Assembly (NCBI GenBank): GCA_964106915.2
Contig: OZ066917.1
Strand: one strand, 5' to 3'
Source: Podarcis gaigeae
Taxonomy: Eukaryota
Length of the DNA: 64,000 nucleotides
Shown here: in pieces, positions 25,015 through 38,888 of the stretch
Numbering within the stretch: position 1 is the first letter of the stretch
Layout of the letters: each line of letters opens with the position of its first letter
Made by a program: the position numbers and the translations under genes
The notes under the pieces: model-generated
Databases searched by the model: none
The model's input: the letters and a program-made list of their open reading frames with translations, nothing else
Told to the model about the DNA's origin: nothing

Positions 25015-27171
25015 TCACAACCACAGCCATCAGATGGCTGTCCCACAACAATATATTATTAGAAGAAGGAGTATGAACATGGCAGCAGGACTGCAGCTAG
25101 GAACAGAATCACACATCAGCAACCACCCAGTTTCTTAACAGCCAAATTTGGGTCTCACAAACGCTTTGTTACTCTGATAACTATCGATCTGCCCTCATCT
25201 GGTAGGGGGGAAAGCAGGTGCTCCTGAACTTTTACGTGATCCCTTTTAACTAAAAACAAGCACCAGCTTTTTGCCAAAGGAAAGGCATGCTTCACAGAAC
25301 AGGATTCAGAAATAATGCATCAGGCCAATTTCCCCATTTTCTCCTCCTGTGCTCAGCCAATCAGATAGAATGTAGAGGAGGCTTTTAATTTGCAGCATTT
25401 CTTGTCTCCCCATGTATCTCTCCTTGCAAGTATCTGACACGTAATACCTAGGAAAAGAGGACAGTTGAAACATACTGGGTGTCTGTTGGAAGAAGTCCCC
25501 AATGTGTCTTGGACAGGGCTGTTCTTCCCATCAGCACAGATGAGTGCTAGGGCTGCAATGCTGATAAGTATCTGAACACAGTGTGTCATTTGAAGGTAAA
25601 TCAAGGCTGACAGTGAGAGCTTAAGGAAAAAAAATACTTAGTAAGGTAGTGAGAATAAAGGAAGCCGGCAGACAGACGGACCTCTGCATGTAACATGAGG
25701 CTAGACAAATGGAGCTGTGGGGGGGGAAAGGAGGCAGAGAAGAGTTCAGTGGCTGCGAGTTCTAATCATAGACCATAAATCTACCAGTAGCATTGCTATA
25801 CCAACCATGGGCCAAGACAATCTGCTTTTTAACTGGCAACCCTGTAATCCGCTCTGTGAACAGATGGCACAGAGAGGAAGATATGAGAACTACAAACAAG
25901 CATTCTCTGGTAGTCGTACCAAAAACTGCCAAACTTCCAGCAGAGGCGAGTTGGATACAAAAAACAAGAAAAGCTCTTCTCCCTCTGTCGATTCTCTGGT
26001 GGGAGAGAAACAACACACACATTTTTTAAAAATCTAACAGGAGCCTAACAGGCTGTGAGCTTTAAAACCCTGGTTGTCTGTGAATTTGGAACCAGTCTTT
26101 CAAGTACAGCTTGAGAGGTGTCTCCGCTCCCGCGCTCTCCTCCCCTACCACTACCATGATTTGCTTTAGAGCAGCAGCCCTTGGTTTTCAACCTACTATC
26201 AAGTGGCAGAGAACAGCTTTTGTGCAGCTTTCGACTGAGGGTGCTTCCACACAACCTGCTTTTTGAGCGTTTGCCCTGATTTGTTTGCTGGGAGACTAGA
26301 TGACATTGAGACTATTTAATGAGCATCAAAGCAAGTGTTAGTCCACACTTTTTGCTGCTTTTCTCACAGGCTGAACCTGTGAGTTTGGCACCAAAGTGGC
26401 TCTTTAATTTGCTTGAATTGAAAACTTTGTGAAAATGTCACAAGGAACTCTGTGTAGCCGTGTGATTCACTCAAGATGAAGAACCCTGGAAACCCCAGGA
26501 CAAAAAGCCATGCAGGCAGTTGCCTGGTAGGAAGGTAGGCAGAGGTTTGGACCTGTTTTCTGAGACTGTTTATTTTGTTCTGCAAGGATCTTTCCTGCAA
26601 GTTAGCAATGGTCTTGAAAAGATGTTAATTCACACTTCTTTACATGTTTCTGGTGGTGAAGACTGCTGAATGATTTTTTCCCCTTTTTGTTAGAATTGCT
26701 CAGATGATCATTGTGTGTGAAAGTTGTCTTTGAAATGCAGATTTGACTGGAATATGTACCCAGAAAGAAAGAAGGCCTGAAGAAACCTTGATGGACTGGG
26801 AATAAGCTTTTATCATATTGGGTTGGGTTTAAAAAAGTAATTGTGTTTCATGATTTGCCTTTGTTTGTTTGTTTTAAATGCCTTACTACCTGTTCTGTAT
26901 TTCTTCTGCACATCTGGAACAGATGTGACTTTGTTACAGGGGATAATGTTATGATTTTGGGGGTAGAGGGAAGATTCCCCTAAAAGTCCTAAGTACCATA
27001 TCCCCCCATAATTTCTAGAGTTAGTAAATGTATATTACTAAATGCTGGAAGTCTTCACCCAGGTGCTAGATAGCTTAGCAGCGTAAAAATGCAGGCTAAA
27101 TGAGTTCCTTGGTCAGAAATCTCCTGAGAAAAGAACCATCATGTAGTACAAGGAAAAGTAATAGGTGACTT

Positions 27172-27621
27172 TGTGTCAGTTACCTTTGCCCAGGTAGCAG
27201 AGGAAAGGAAGCTCCTTCTCCCATGAGGGAATGATGAGCAGAGACCAAGACAAAGTTTAGTATTTCAGTGTTTATGTAAACTTGGGGTGGTGGTCCAGGG
27301 TTATGGTGGGTGAGATGTCACACAGGAAAACAGGTTTGGAGGAAGGGGGGAGAACTCCATGCAGAGCTGGCTGGAAGAGGCTGCACACAGAGACTGGGGA
27401 GTATGGTTGGCATCTGCTCTTAACCCAAGGTATGAGAGGAGCAACAAGAGATACTTTTGCAGTGTAATGTTCTGCACTCCCTCCATAAAAGCTCAGGTGT
27501 AAATATGTGTAAATAAACCATATTTTCTAAAGGCACTACAGTCTCTACAGTGCCTCATTCAAAACACAAACCCTAGTTAAGTGCACATACCACTCGGTAG
27601 AGATTGAGGTGGCCTTTAACA
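27172..27621 (+). mobile_element. Degenerate solo LTR (boundaries approximate)
   Basis: TG...CA ends and an AATAAA in gtgtaaataaaccata (~27512). Resembles squamate LTRs as I recall them; TSD not clean. Confidence 0.5.
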
Positions 27622-30600
27622 AACTGTAACACAGAAATATTAAATAAAATGCATATTCCAAAGCTGTTATCCATGGATGAGGGCTGGTTCTGATGATCTG
27701 GCCTAATGTTAAGATTCTGTGCATGCCTAAAATGTGCTTGCTTACCACAGTGCAAATAAATGAATGTTTGAACTAGTCGGGACATGTGCTGCATGATTTG
27801 TCTGATATCCCACCCACCACCCACGCTCAAAGGAACATTAGTAGAGTGGATATCAATCAAATTGTGCCCAGTGCATACATTATATCATTCAAAGGCTGAT
27901 GGAGATCCAGAATCCCCAAACCAAGGTTCACTCCTAACCACACAAAGTACCAGAATGCTGGCCCACATGGCTGATAGTTGTGTTCCCAGGCCATGAATGA
28001 TTTCTAAAAAGTACTACAAACCAGTTTTTCCATAAAGTAGACTAAAAAATATGGACTGCCAGTAATGGGGTGTTTTTGTTTTTACTTTTGTTTCTATTTT
28101 CTAATTGATAAACATATTTGATATACAGGCTGTTTTTTCTCAGTTCTGCTGATAGCTCTTACACCCTGTGCTGCTTCAGCTCTAAATATCTACCTGCCAC
28201 CAACTGTGTCAAATGCTTGCCCATCCTTTCACAGCAACACTCCCTTCCCCGCCACTTTAAAACTCTAAACATAGCTCTGCAACTTCTTCATTTTAGTATT
28301 GGTTAGTTCTCTGAAAATAACAACACACTAAAACTGAAATCCCTCCAAAGCTTCCTGTTTAAAATGAATGTCAAGTTTGCTGCAGTATAATGACATTTTA
28401 ACTCAAAGTTCAGATGGACAGGCTGTTTTTGGTTAGGCTCACCTGGCAATTGCCAAGTATAATGATGCAGGAACACTGTGCCAGTTCTCTTTCTGTCCTA
28501 TGACCACATTGGGGTTCGCCAAATCTGCAGAGCTGATGGCCCTTTGTGAAATCATATCTTTAAGAAAGACAGCTGCATTGCTTCTGCATCTGCCAGTGAA
28601 GTCTAGAAAGGTAAGCAAGGACGGAGAACCTGTATCCCTTCAGATGCTGCAGGACTCAGCACTCATAGTCCCAGCCAATGGGGCCAATGGTTGGGGTGGA
28701 TGGGAGCTTCAACAACATCTGAAGGGTCATGTTTCCTGAAATAGAAAGATGTGTGACAGGACTGTGGAGTCTTGAAACTAGATTTCCCAACAACTTTTGC
28801 TGTGACTTGTGACTCTCCTTGAAAGTAAAAACCGTTTACTGAGGGAAATGAGGGGAAACAGAAACTGGACTACAGCCCATGGAACAAGCCTGTGAGGGCT
28901 GATGGCACACAGAAGGTGTAACTCTGAGTTGTAGTAGAAGACCCTTGCCGACAGTCTAGAAACAAAGGTAGCTCTGGGACCATTGCTACACAAACTTGAC
29001 TGGGTAGGAGGAAATTATGGAAAAGGAAGGCCTAACTTTGTTCTGACCCTATGCAATCCTACTATTGCAGTGGCAAACACCGTGGCCTGACCTGCAGTTT
29101 GAACCCAGTTGTTTTTGCCACCCACTAAGAAGCTACAGGATCCCTTGTTTACCTATCCAATCTATTTAATCAGCTCTGCCCTTAGTTACATGTAAATGTA
29201 GTTGTTGGAACCCACCAGGGTGAATACTAAGGTTGATAACACAGCGTTGTCTTTGGTGCATGCCTCCATTCCTGCTTAGACCATCAAGCCACTGATTTAT
29301 ACACTGGTGTACATGAAGTTGCAAAAGTCTCTGTTTCCTTCTGCTGAACCTATCATGCATAGCTTAACCATAGCAAAAGAACCTTATCTTTCAAACTGTG
29401 GGATCCTTAGAGAGAATCTATGGCATTACGACCTAGCAGCTTTATACAAGTCAATCCTTGTATCCCCCATGCAGACACAAGCAAAGGACTGAGTGTGCTG
29501 AAAGCTTCATTTTATTCTTTACACCACTAGGTCTGTCTATTCACAACTGTTTTCTTTAAAAAAAAATTGCAAGGGGACTAAAACATTCAACATAAATTTT
29601 AATACTAATGTTCCCTTACCCCAGCCCTCACTTTCACTGAGTTTGCAGCTATGAATGTGCTGCTGCAATTATGTAATCTTAACAGTAGATGGTAGGTAAA
29701 TAGATAGAGACATTTCCAAAATTAGGGCACCTAAACATATCAGGATGTGCCTCCCAAACCCGTTGCGTTACCACTTGGCCCAACTTAATTCCCTGCTTCT
29801 ACACATCTGTACTCCAGCATTTCCTTTGTTAACTTTTCTGATATCTACAGTCTCCTTCACCACCTCAGTGATATCACTGATTTTTTAAAAAGAAAAATGC
29901 ACACAATCATCTAAGCCCCTATTCATGGCAGGAAGACCCAATGTTTGCTGTTTGTATGCCCAACACTCAAATGTATTTAGGATTTGATAACATAACCAAC
30001 TTGGACTTCATCTTCCTTTCCTGTTACTGGTATAGAAGCTTTTACTGCACTCTCTCTAACCATGTATGAGAACAAATTTTAGAACTCTTATCCATCCAGG
30101 TTCACTTTTCAGCTAAGTGCCTAAGGCTACTGCACACATTTACCGTTTCTTAAAAGCATGACCTAACACCCATCTACAACCTAGAGTAGATGAAGTGTGT
30201 ATATGTACAAGGAATATGTCGATAAAGTTCCAGAATGTCAAGGAAAAAAGAAACACAGTTCAAAGGAAAATAAAACAACAGGGGCTCAAGTGTGGACAAC
30301 ATACCCACAAATAACAAGGAAAGATTAAGCCACACTCTGAGTTATGGCTGATGTGCCTCTCCTTCCCTTTAGGTCTTTGGAAAAACAAGGTGCAAGCTTA
30401 CTCAATTTTCACAACTTTGGTGTCACTCAGATGTTTCTACTCTCTAGTCTTAGGAGAAAATACTGACACAAATTAGAAGAGCAGCAGAAATTGTAGGGTT
30501 TCCAGTGTGATAGTTTTTGATTTCTGAAAAGTTGCAAATTTCAGTTGAAACCCAAGAAATTCCATATTTTGCCATGTTATATAACTGTGTAAAAAGCTTT

Positions 30601-31389
30601 AAAAATGCCATCATGACAGCAACAAACAATGAAAATGACATCCTAGGAAGATGACTTTAATGTGTAAGTAATTTCATTTCTGCCCATAATCAACAAAATA
30701 CTGCTGTATTTCAGAGTCAAGTGTACTAAAACAGCATGCAGAATTGCAACATAATTGAATAACCATTGCCCACTTCATTTTATTGCCAGTTAAATGCAAG
30801 GATGGTTTTCACTGTAAAAATGTCAGATTTTAAGCACAATTATGTCATAATGGACCTTCTCAAATAGAACATTAATACACAAGGGCAGATTCCATCTGGG
30901 ACATCTATCATGGGTGTGAAAGCACTGAGCTCATACAGAGCACATAGGTTAAACACCTTTTAAATATAAAGCTGGGCCTCATGGAACATAACATATATAA
31001 CTGCTTGCTTACTTATGTAAACATATCTGTAGTTAACAAAATCAGTCAAGAAACCAGCAAGTGATAAAAAACAATACACAAAGGATCAAACATAAAGGAG
31101 CCTCCACCCTCCCAGATATTTCAAGAAATCCTTAATACAAACAATAATAAAATCATCATACTGCGCTTTTTGTGTGGTCAGTATCTCATTTCAGGAATGG
31201 ACCTAATGATATAGTCTACCCAGTTGTATCTCTTCAACTGACATAACAATCATTTTTCAAAATGAATTTGCTTTATAGCAAATTTACCATATATAGAGGA
31301 ATTCACCCATTAGTCATGCTACGATTCCAGCAATAGCTAATATTTACGCTACTGATTTTGTACAGTTTCCATGGTGTTGTGTACCACTC

Positions 31390-31514
31390 CATAGAATCAT
31401 AGAACTGTGGAGTTTGAAGGGACTCCAGGGGTCATCTAGTCCAAATCCCTGCAATGGAGGAATCTCAGCATGTGGTTCCCTATCCAATTTGAAACCATAC
31501 CACACCCTGCTTAG
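31390..31514 (-). mobile_element. Chimeric retroposon: 5S rRNA-like head plus CR1-type tail
   Basis: Reverse complement of 31473-31514 (ctaagcagggtgtggtatggtttcaaattggatagggaacca) aligns ungapped at ~30/42 to the vertebrate 5S internal control region, by eye from memory. It is followed by the CR1 tail and ttctatgattctatg. Confidence 0.65.
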
Positions 31515-33021
31515 TGTTGCTGCATTGCTCAATGCATTCTTAAACATGCTCTTTGGAAAAAAGCCTCTCCACTGTGGAATTCCCTTCAACTGGAGACTCA
31601 CCAAAATCCAAGTCTGGGCATCTTCCAAAACCAGTTAAATACATTTATTAAAATTGGCTTTTGGTGGCCATCAATAAGCAATGCCAGGGCAAGATGCAGA
31701 CTTGATCAATAACAATTCGGTATTTGTATTTTACTATGAGGTTACGCGCCCTGAGCCAATGAGGAAAGGTACACTATAAATGAAATCAAAAGCAAAATAG
31801 ATGGTTGCCCATTGATCTCCAACACTGATTCATGCCGTAGTCAATATAATTTGGAAGGGAAGCAGCACAAGGTTTCCTGTGCTTTCTTCTAGGTCTCAGA
31901 ATAGGGTGCAAAAATATTCTTTGGGAACTACTCTCATATAGATTAGTATGTGGCAGAGTTCCATGAAAATGACAAAGCGATTGACCACAAAGTTGAAGAT
32001 TCCTATTGGATCAATCAGGTTTCTTAGTGGCGTTTTGGATATTCTTTTCCCCCTTGCAACATATTGTCATACAAACAAACACCAATTGAATAGTTTCCCC
32101 TTTAAAATGCCTTTAAAACTGGTTTCTTTTTCTTTCACCCTTGTGCTTTAATCTCCCTCCACCTAGTTTCCATCTGTTTATGTTCTTCCACACTTGGAAC
32201 CTAACTTACCACACAGTCATGCGTACATTAATTCTGCTGTCAGAAAATAAAATAAAGACCTCAAGGGCTATGAATTACCTGTCCTGGTTTAATAATTAAA
32301 GACAAATACACAGCCAAGGCAGCTTGGGCATTCATCTGAATGTTCACATAATATCAGAAATGTCTTCTGTGGCCCCTGGTGAAATATATCAAAGTGTTTC
32401 CCACCCATGTGTATATTCCAGTTATTCTTGCCCTGCCCTGAGACTGGCACGCTCGACAGCCATTCAGATTTGCTGGCCTGGATTTGATCAGAATGACATA
32501 TTTAGCTTGCTGGAAGGTTTTGATAGTCTGATAATTCGTGACTTAAAGTGGAGGAAAAGCAGCTTATTATTACATGCAAATAAAACAAAATTAAGTCTGG
32601 CTGTCTGGGTGCAGACAGAAAATCACACAAAGCCCATAAGCCACTCTAGAGATTTTAACTACTGGACAGAACATACTCTGGAAGCTGCATGTAGCCACAA
32701 ATTCTTGTTTTCCATGGATTCTAACCAATTTTATTTCCCAAGACCGACAATTCTATAAATCATTTTAGAAACAGAGGGCCAATTACCTCCACCCCCCCCC
32801 ATTGAAGTAATATAGTTTAAAATACTTTATGCAGGAACAAAATACCCACATAGATTTTGCAACACTAGGAGTTGCATAATATCCTGTTTATTCATTTTTC
32901 CTGGAAAATTCTACAAGGGAATTGGTTTTCATATGTATCCCTCCATAAGTATTAATCTGTGAAAAAAGGAACATAAAATCAATTGGAGTGAGAGTTGAAA
33001 AGACAAGTGTGAGGAGAGGCA

Positions 33022-33355
33022 GGGCTGGTTTACATATCACATGAAACCATAGTTAAAAACAAACAATGGTTAAATGTGAATGAACAGCACGCACAAAAAA
33101 ATCTATGATGCTTGTCCTCTGCTCCTGCTGCACTGTAGACAAAACAAGTCACAATATAGCTTGTTAAGTCATCTGAAACTTGGCTCATGGTTTGCTTTCC
33201 TCCAAATAAACTAGAAGCAGCAATCATGGTTTGCTTGAGGGGGAACAAATCACAAGCCTGGATTCTGACAACACGACAAGCCAGACTTCAGAACTTTGAA
33301 GCAGTTTACTGGTGCATATACTGCTCATTCACAGTAAACTATGGATGCAGAACCT
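33022..33355. mobile_element. Degenerate Harbinger-like MITE
   Basis: Repeated aaaccatagtt / catggtttgc motifs and internal inverted arms; ends uncertain. Confidence 0.4.
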
Positions 33356-35594
33356 GAGGGATATGGTGATATGAACTGGAACATTCCAATGCGTCCTGAA
33401 ATGCTCTTATGGCACATGACCAACCATTGCTGGTCCCACTCCCTCTCTCCATCAGCCTAGCAACAACATTTCCTGCCTTGCCTACATTCATTCTGATGCT
33501 TTCATTAAGTTGATTTATTTGGTCATGTATCCCTTGTACTTACTGCCAATTTGACCATGCCATCCATACAAATTAGCACCTTCCAGTGAATAGCCCTCAC
33601 ACTAACCAGTTTGACTTGTGCCCAAGTGAACCTACCAAGGGGGGAAAAAGGTATCCTTCCAAGAGGTGTCAGAAAGCAGATGTTATTTTATTCATGAAAA
33701 CCATCCAGAGGACTGGTGAGTTAACTCCAGCAGGTTATCCCTCGGAAAACCATCAGCCTGTCTTAGGAAAATAAAAGCTGCTTTCCCCAATCTACTGTAT
33801 TTGAGCACTCTGCGGTCGAATTTTCAATTTACCGACATAAACACCACACTTCATTTTCTCACTTTTCTTTACCTCTTTCTTTCACGCTTCTCCTTTTTAA
33901 AAATTCTGACCCTCTAATCCTATCTTAACCTTCTAATCCTCTCTGCAACTCCCTCTTTTCTCTCCACCCTGATCATCGCGGCACCACACCAGTCTTTCTC
34001 CTGCCACAATGACGAGTGCAAAAGAAAAGAAAAGAAATTCACTAAAGTATTACCATAAAGATTACAGTCAGCAAGTTATCACAGCTCCCTACTTTTCTTC
34101 AAGCCCCTGTTTGGATTTAAAAACACACACACACAACAACTCACCACATTCTCCCCCTCAAAAACAACAAAGCCTTGTAATCCCCAGTGGGGAGAAATGA
34201 AAGAAGGCGGAATAGCGTGATTAAAAAGTAATAAACAGAAAGGAAACATTTTTTTTTTGGAGGGGGGAGGGAATAATACTTTCTAGCAGCCCAAAAGCTT
34301 TGCAAATATATTTCTACCTTCACATTGAAGAGCAGAGCGGCTAAGGCACAGAAGGATGAAGTGATTTGCACACAGCCATGGAGCACACAAAGGAAGAGTC
34401 ACTTGGTTGCTGTACCAGGGTCTAGACCCAGATGCACACACATTCATCAGACTGGCATGGGGGACACAATGTTGATTCACGACAGCCATTTGCAGGAAGG
34501 AAATAGAAGTCATAAACAAACAACAATAAATGATGGCCCAGATGCTGCGGGTCAGCGAAGAGGTCCCAAACAAAGGGAAGTAGTGCTGCTGAGCCAATAG
34601 TCAGAGGAGGTGAGGCAAGAAGCCATGGAAAAGGGATGTATGGGGTGCCACCAGGAAGGACAGAGCAGTAAGATCAGATCAAATGTTCAACTCCTGCAAT
34701 CAGTAGATTATTACTGCTGGGGATTGAGGCAGGGCCCAGAGGTAGAGGCAGTGTGTGAACAAAGCTTTCTCCGTATATTTTTAATTATTCATTGGCATTT
34801 GCTTTTTTCAAATTATTATTGCAAGGTAGCACCAGCATGAGCTGACCCGTTGCCCTTAAATCCTGTGCACTGCCTAAGTTAATATAGCACAAATCTCACC
34901 ATACATAAATAAAAGCCCACTGTCTTGGTTGGACAAGGTGCTAATTAAACCAAAGCTTTCCTTTTGAGCTAAAAGAAACATTTCGTTCCCACTCTCAAGT
35001 TGTCCTGTAACAACATAGCCATTTTCAGACTTCTGTTCTCTGCACACTGGACACACATGGGCAGGGGGAGCACATGAGATCACAACAGCAGCCCCTCTTC
35101 TGTCCTAGGCAGGTCTTTGAACTTCTATGTAGACCCGATAGATATGTATGTGTGCATGTCTTCCGCATGCCTTTTGCTAGTTGCATGTGGAGAGAGCCCT
35201 ACATACATGAAATTGCATGCATGTGGGCTTCAAATGAATGTGCATTGATGAGAAATAGTATCTGTGATCCTCCTGCTGCTGCTCTAAGATGTGTTTTCCT
35301 GAATGAGCATGTTGTCTCAAGCTTGAAAACTGTAGAGACTTGGTCAATAACAGGCTACGACTCCAAACAGACCAGAATTCAAAAAACCTGAATATGAGAA
35401 TGTTCACTAAGTGTCTAAATGCCATCAGAAAAGGATCCAAATGGGTCTCCTGGAGCAAAGTGTTGTAATGCCTAGGTGCAGCAACAGAGAAGGCGCTTTC
35501 TCATGTACCCACTAAATGAGACTTTGATGGCACTATGGCTTGCTGCACAAATAAAATTGGTGAGGTGGAGATGAAAAGAACCTAGCCATGCAGC

Positions 35595-35810
35595 CAGGGG
35601 TATTTTGTTTTGTTTTTTAAGAAAAAGAGGTGCCAGATCTTCTTTACCTTTTTTTAGGGGTGCACAGCACTGATCGCCATGCCACCCACAGCCTCTGACA
35701 TGCAGACCCGAGCAATGTATTGCTGTTCTGCAATGCTACAGAGTTGCTGGAACACACCAAAGAGGTGCAGGAACTCAATTCCGGTGAGTTTTGGCTGAAA
35801 AAAAGCCCTG
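35595..35810. mobile_element. hAT MITE
   Basis: Ends caggggtatttt / aaaaaagccctg; perfect 8-bp TSD catgcagc (35587-94, 35811-18). Confidence 0.85.
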
Positions 35811-36600
35811 CATGCAGCTTCCCTAAAAGTTCTGGAAGCAGGGAAGGAACATTATACTGGCAGCAAGCAGAGCTGGCTATAACTATTCTGCTTGTCAGTC
35901 ATAGGATGCTGTTTTTATTTATTTAATTCACTATTTGCAACCCTGCAGCTAAACTAGATGCATTAGATCAGGCTGCCAGTAACTATATAGCCCAGCGACT
36001 TTGCAACCTAATCCATCAGTTCTGACAAGTTGGAGAGAATCAAGGGCTGACCATCTACAAAGAAGGCATTTGAGTCACAGCCCAGAAGCTGCTTACTCTC
36101 CAGTAATCCCATTGTGTTCAAGGGACTGGATTTTGTGACTGATTTATAGACTGCAGGTTCAGGTTTTATTACTCATAAGGGCTTTCCCTTAAAAAAAAAA
36201 TTAAATTAAACAGGCTGAAACTGGAGAGCAGTCTCAAGTCCCCAAGGCTTATTTCAGAAGTTGGGATTCTAGCTTTGGAAAAACCGTGTTCATGCATCAG
36301 GAAACACAGAGGAAAAACTTGTAGTTGTCTTAAATTTTTCATTAAAATTAATTAAATAACAGTTGATTAAATTACTGAAACATAACATCTTTTCTGGGCT
36401 GAAAGTTGGACTCTATTCACTTATTGTGCAATTTCCTTATTCAAGACAAAGCTGTATTTACTCTTTATGAGCACAAAAACTCCGGAGTTTAATTACAATA
36501 ATAGTCAAAACTACCCCAGATTATAACCTGCTACAGGCAAAAGTCACTAGCTAAGTAGCTCACAGCATGGTGGAGTTATGCTGCTCACCTGGCCTGCCTC

Positions 36601-36779
36601 CAGCTGTGTCACTTCTGCACACCAGAACAGGGAGTAGCAGGGCAGTGGTGAAGTTGGCAAGGTGCAAACATGCTGGCAGGAGTGCTGAATTAGCTCTGCT
36701 GGTGTGTTTGAACAACACCAACCTCACTGCTGCTTTGCCCACACCCTCTCCATCCCAGTAGGCAGCAGTGATACAGCTG
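36601..36779. repeat. ~180-bp imperfect palindrome (likely old MITE)
   Basis: cagctgtgtcact / agtgatacagctg (12/13) plus ~42-bp inner arms centred near 36688. Confidence 0.7.
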
Positions 36780-38682
36780 AAGTGAGTGGAACAAGTTAGT
36801 GGTACAACCCCACCCCACCATCCCCTACTGCAGGGCCTGGTTTTAAAATTGTTTCCTGTTGTTCACTAACAGGTGATAGCAGCTAGAAGCTTGGAAATAT
36901 GGTAGGTTGTATATTGGGTGCTTCTGCCAAAGCACTTCATGCAACATCCCACTACACACTCACCCTGCCCTGCTGCACTTGTTCTGGGAAAGCAAATGAC
37001 GGGGCCAGTTCTTGCATTTTTGGTGCAGGGCTGGGCAGTTGCTGCAGACACTGACACCATATTTTTGTTATTTTACTTTGTTGTCGAAAGATTCCTTTGC
37101 CCAATTTTGGGTGATTCCCCCTGCCCCCTTGAAGTCCCAGTCTTCCATTTGTACAACCTAGGATACATCCCAATATTTAATTGTTGTTTTTATTTTTAAA
37201 ACTCCGATATGAAATAAGCAGCTTTGTCTTGTAATAAAAGGTGGTCATTCAGCAACTCTCTGTGGCAACCTGATTTAATTGGCTGAACTACCTCCAAGGT
37301 CCCTTTCCCCTATCATCTAACTACTCAGAATTAGCGTATACATACAGTACGATTATACTGGAGACAAGGTAGGTTAGAGAAGCAGTCAGACCTATTGAGT
37401 TAATAATTAATTACAAGGCATTTTCAATCGCAAGCCATTAACCACTTACCCTTTAAAATGGTAATAAATAGTAGGAACGTGTCTAATTAAGGGCCCTGTA
37501 CAATATTTTGGAGTGCTGAGGACACAGAGAGAAAAGAAGGGAGAAAAAGAGGGCATGTTTACAGAAAAACAATAGATTTTGTAAGAATGAGATTCTTTTC
37601 CCAAGGACACATTGTTATTGTACAAATCTGTTTCAAAGCACTGGAATTGTTGTTCTTCATAAAACATAAATAGAAAAAGTGTATCAAAAGTCTTCTAATG
37701 TATCTTGTATCAGGGCATCTTAGACAATTCTTGATATACTTTTAGTCTATGTAAAAGGAGATCTCACAACTGTTTTCAGTATTTTGCTTCATAATAACTT
37801 GTCCATAAAGTATCTCTCAAGAGAGAAGCAGTATCAAAGCTGTGGCAATGGAAGTAACAGGGATCACCTAAAATAGATGAAGTCCAAAACATGGGAAGGC
37901 AGAGTGAAAAATATAAACAGAAGCCTGGAAAATGTGTGGCATATTTTATGAATGCTTGATTCCCATCTACCCCTAATATTCCTCAGTATGGGAGAGGATA
38001 GAAATCTCTAAGTACATTATTTTTCAAACCATGTTGGAGTGAGCTGTCCTAAGTTCCAGTCCAGACATTTTGCTGCCAGAATCTTCCAACTTGTACCCCT
38101 CACTTCAACACACACACCCTTGCTAGGGCCAACACTTTAAAACTTCTTGCTATGCCATTTGTATACCAGTTCCAGCCTTCACCTGCATGTTCCACCTTGA
38201 TGCAAAGCAGACTATCTGAGCCACTTTCCCTACAGCTGAATCTGTGAACAGGCCAAGATCGCAGATCTGAACCAGAATATGTATTACAAGGAAAACCAAA
38301 TTAAGTAGTTCCAATTTCAGTTTCACAGAGTGATATTCCCTGTGCCAAACCTATCTGAATGGATCCAAGAAGACAGAAAACATCTGAAGACTCCTTTCCA
38401 TATTAAATGCATTGTTGCCAAATGAGGCAAAGGCTAGGCTCTTGTTTTTCGTTTTAAAAAAGGGAATAAGCCAGCCTACTAGGCAGTGTTGGGAGTGCAC
38501 TGGAAGCAAGCAGAGTAAATGGGAGTGTGTTGCTGCCCTTATGACTGCTTTGGAAGCTGCAGTTGGTGCAGAACACGCCATTGCTAAAAGAACTGCACTA
38601 GCAGTCAATATGCTCCTGGACATGGTTTAAGGTTTTTCCCCTGTTACTAAACAGGAAGTTGTCCCAAACAACTGATGGCTAA

Positions 38683-38888
38683 GGGATCTTCCACACTCCT
38701 TCTTGTCCCAGGGAAAGCCGCTCTTTAATGCTCTGGAGCAAACAGCAATTCAGGTTTTCTCCAGATAGAAGTTGGCTCCAATTTAGCACTAAAGAGCAGG
38801 TTTTCCCTGGGAAAGGAGCAGGGCAGGGGGGAAACCACCCCGACTTGCGCTTTCTAGGCATGGGGCAAGCAGAAGTGTGGATGAGCCC
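38683..38888. mobile_element. PIF/Harbinger-like fold-back MITE
   Basis: Imperfect TIR gggatcttccacactccttcttgtccc / ggggcaagcagaagtgtggatgagccc, TAA on the left flank, and an internal hairpin at 38704-38815. Confidence 0.7.

Noticed and set aside
24160-25046. Cluster of overlapping GC-rich ORFs suggesting an exon or CpG-island promoter
   Set aside because: Largely within a TIR-bounded hAT-type element.
31473-31514. 5S rRNA gene
   Set aside because: Only 42 nt at roughly 70% identity, attached to a CR1 tail.
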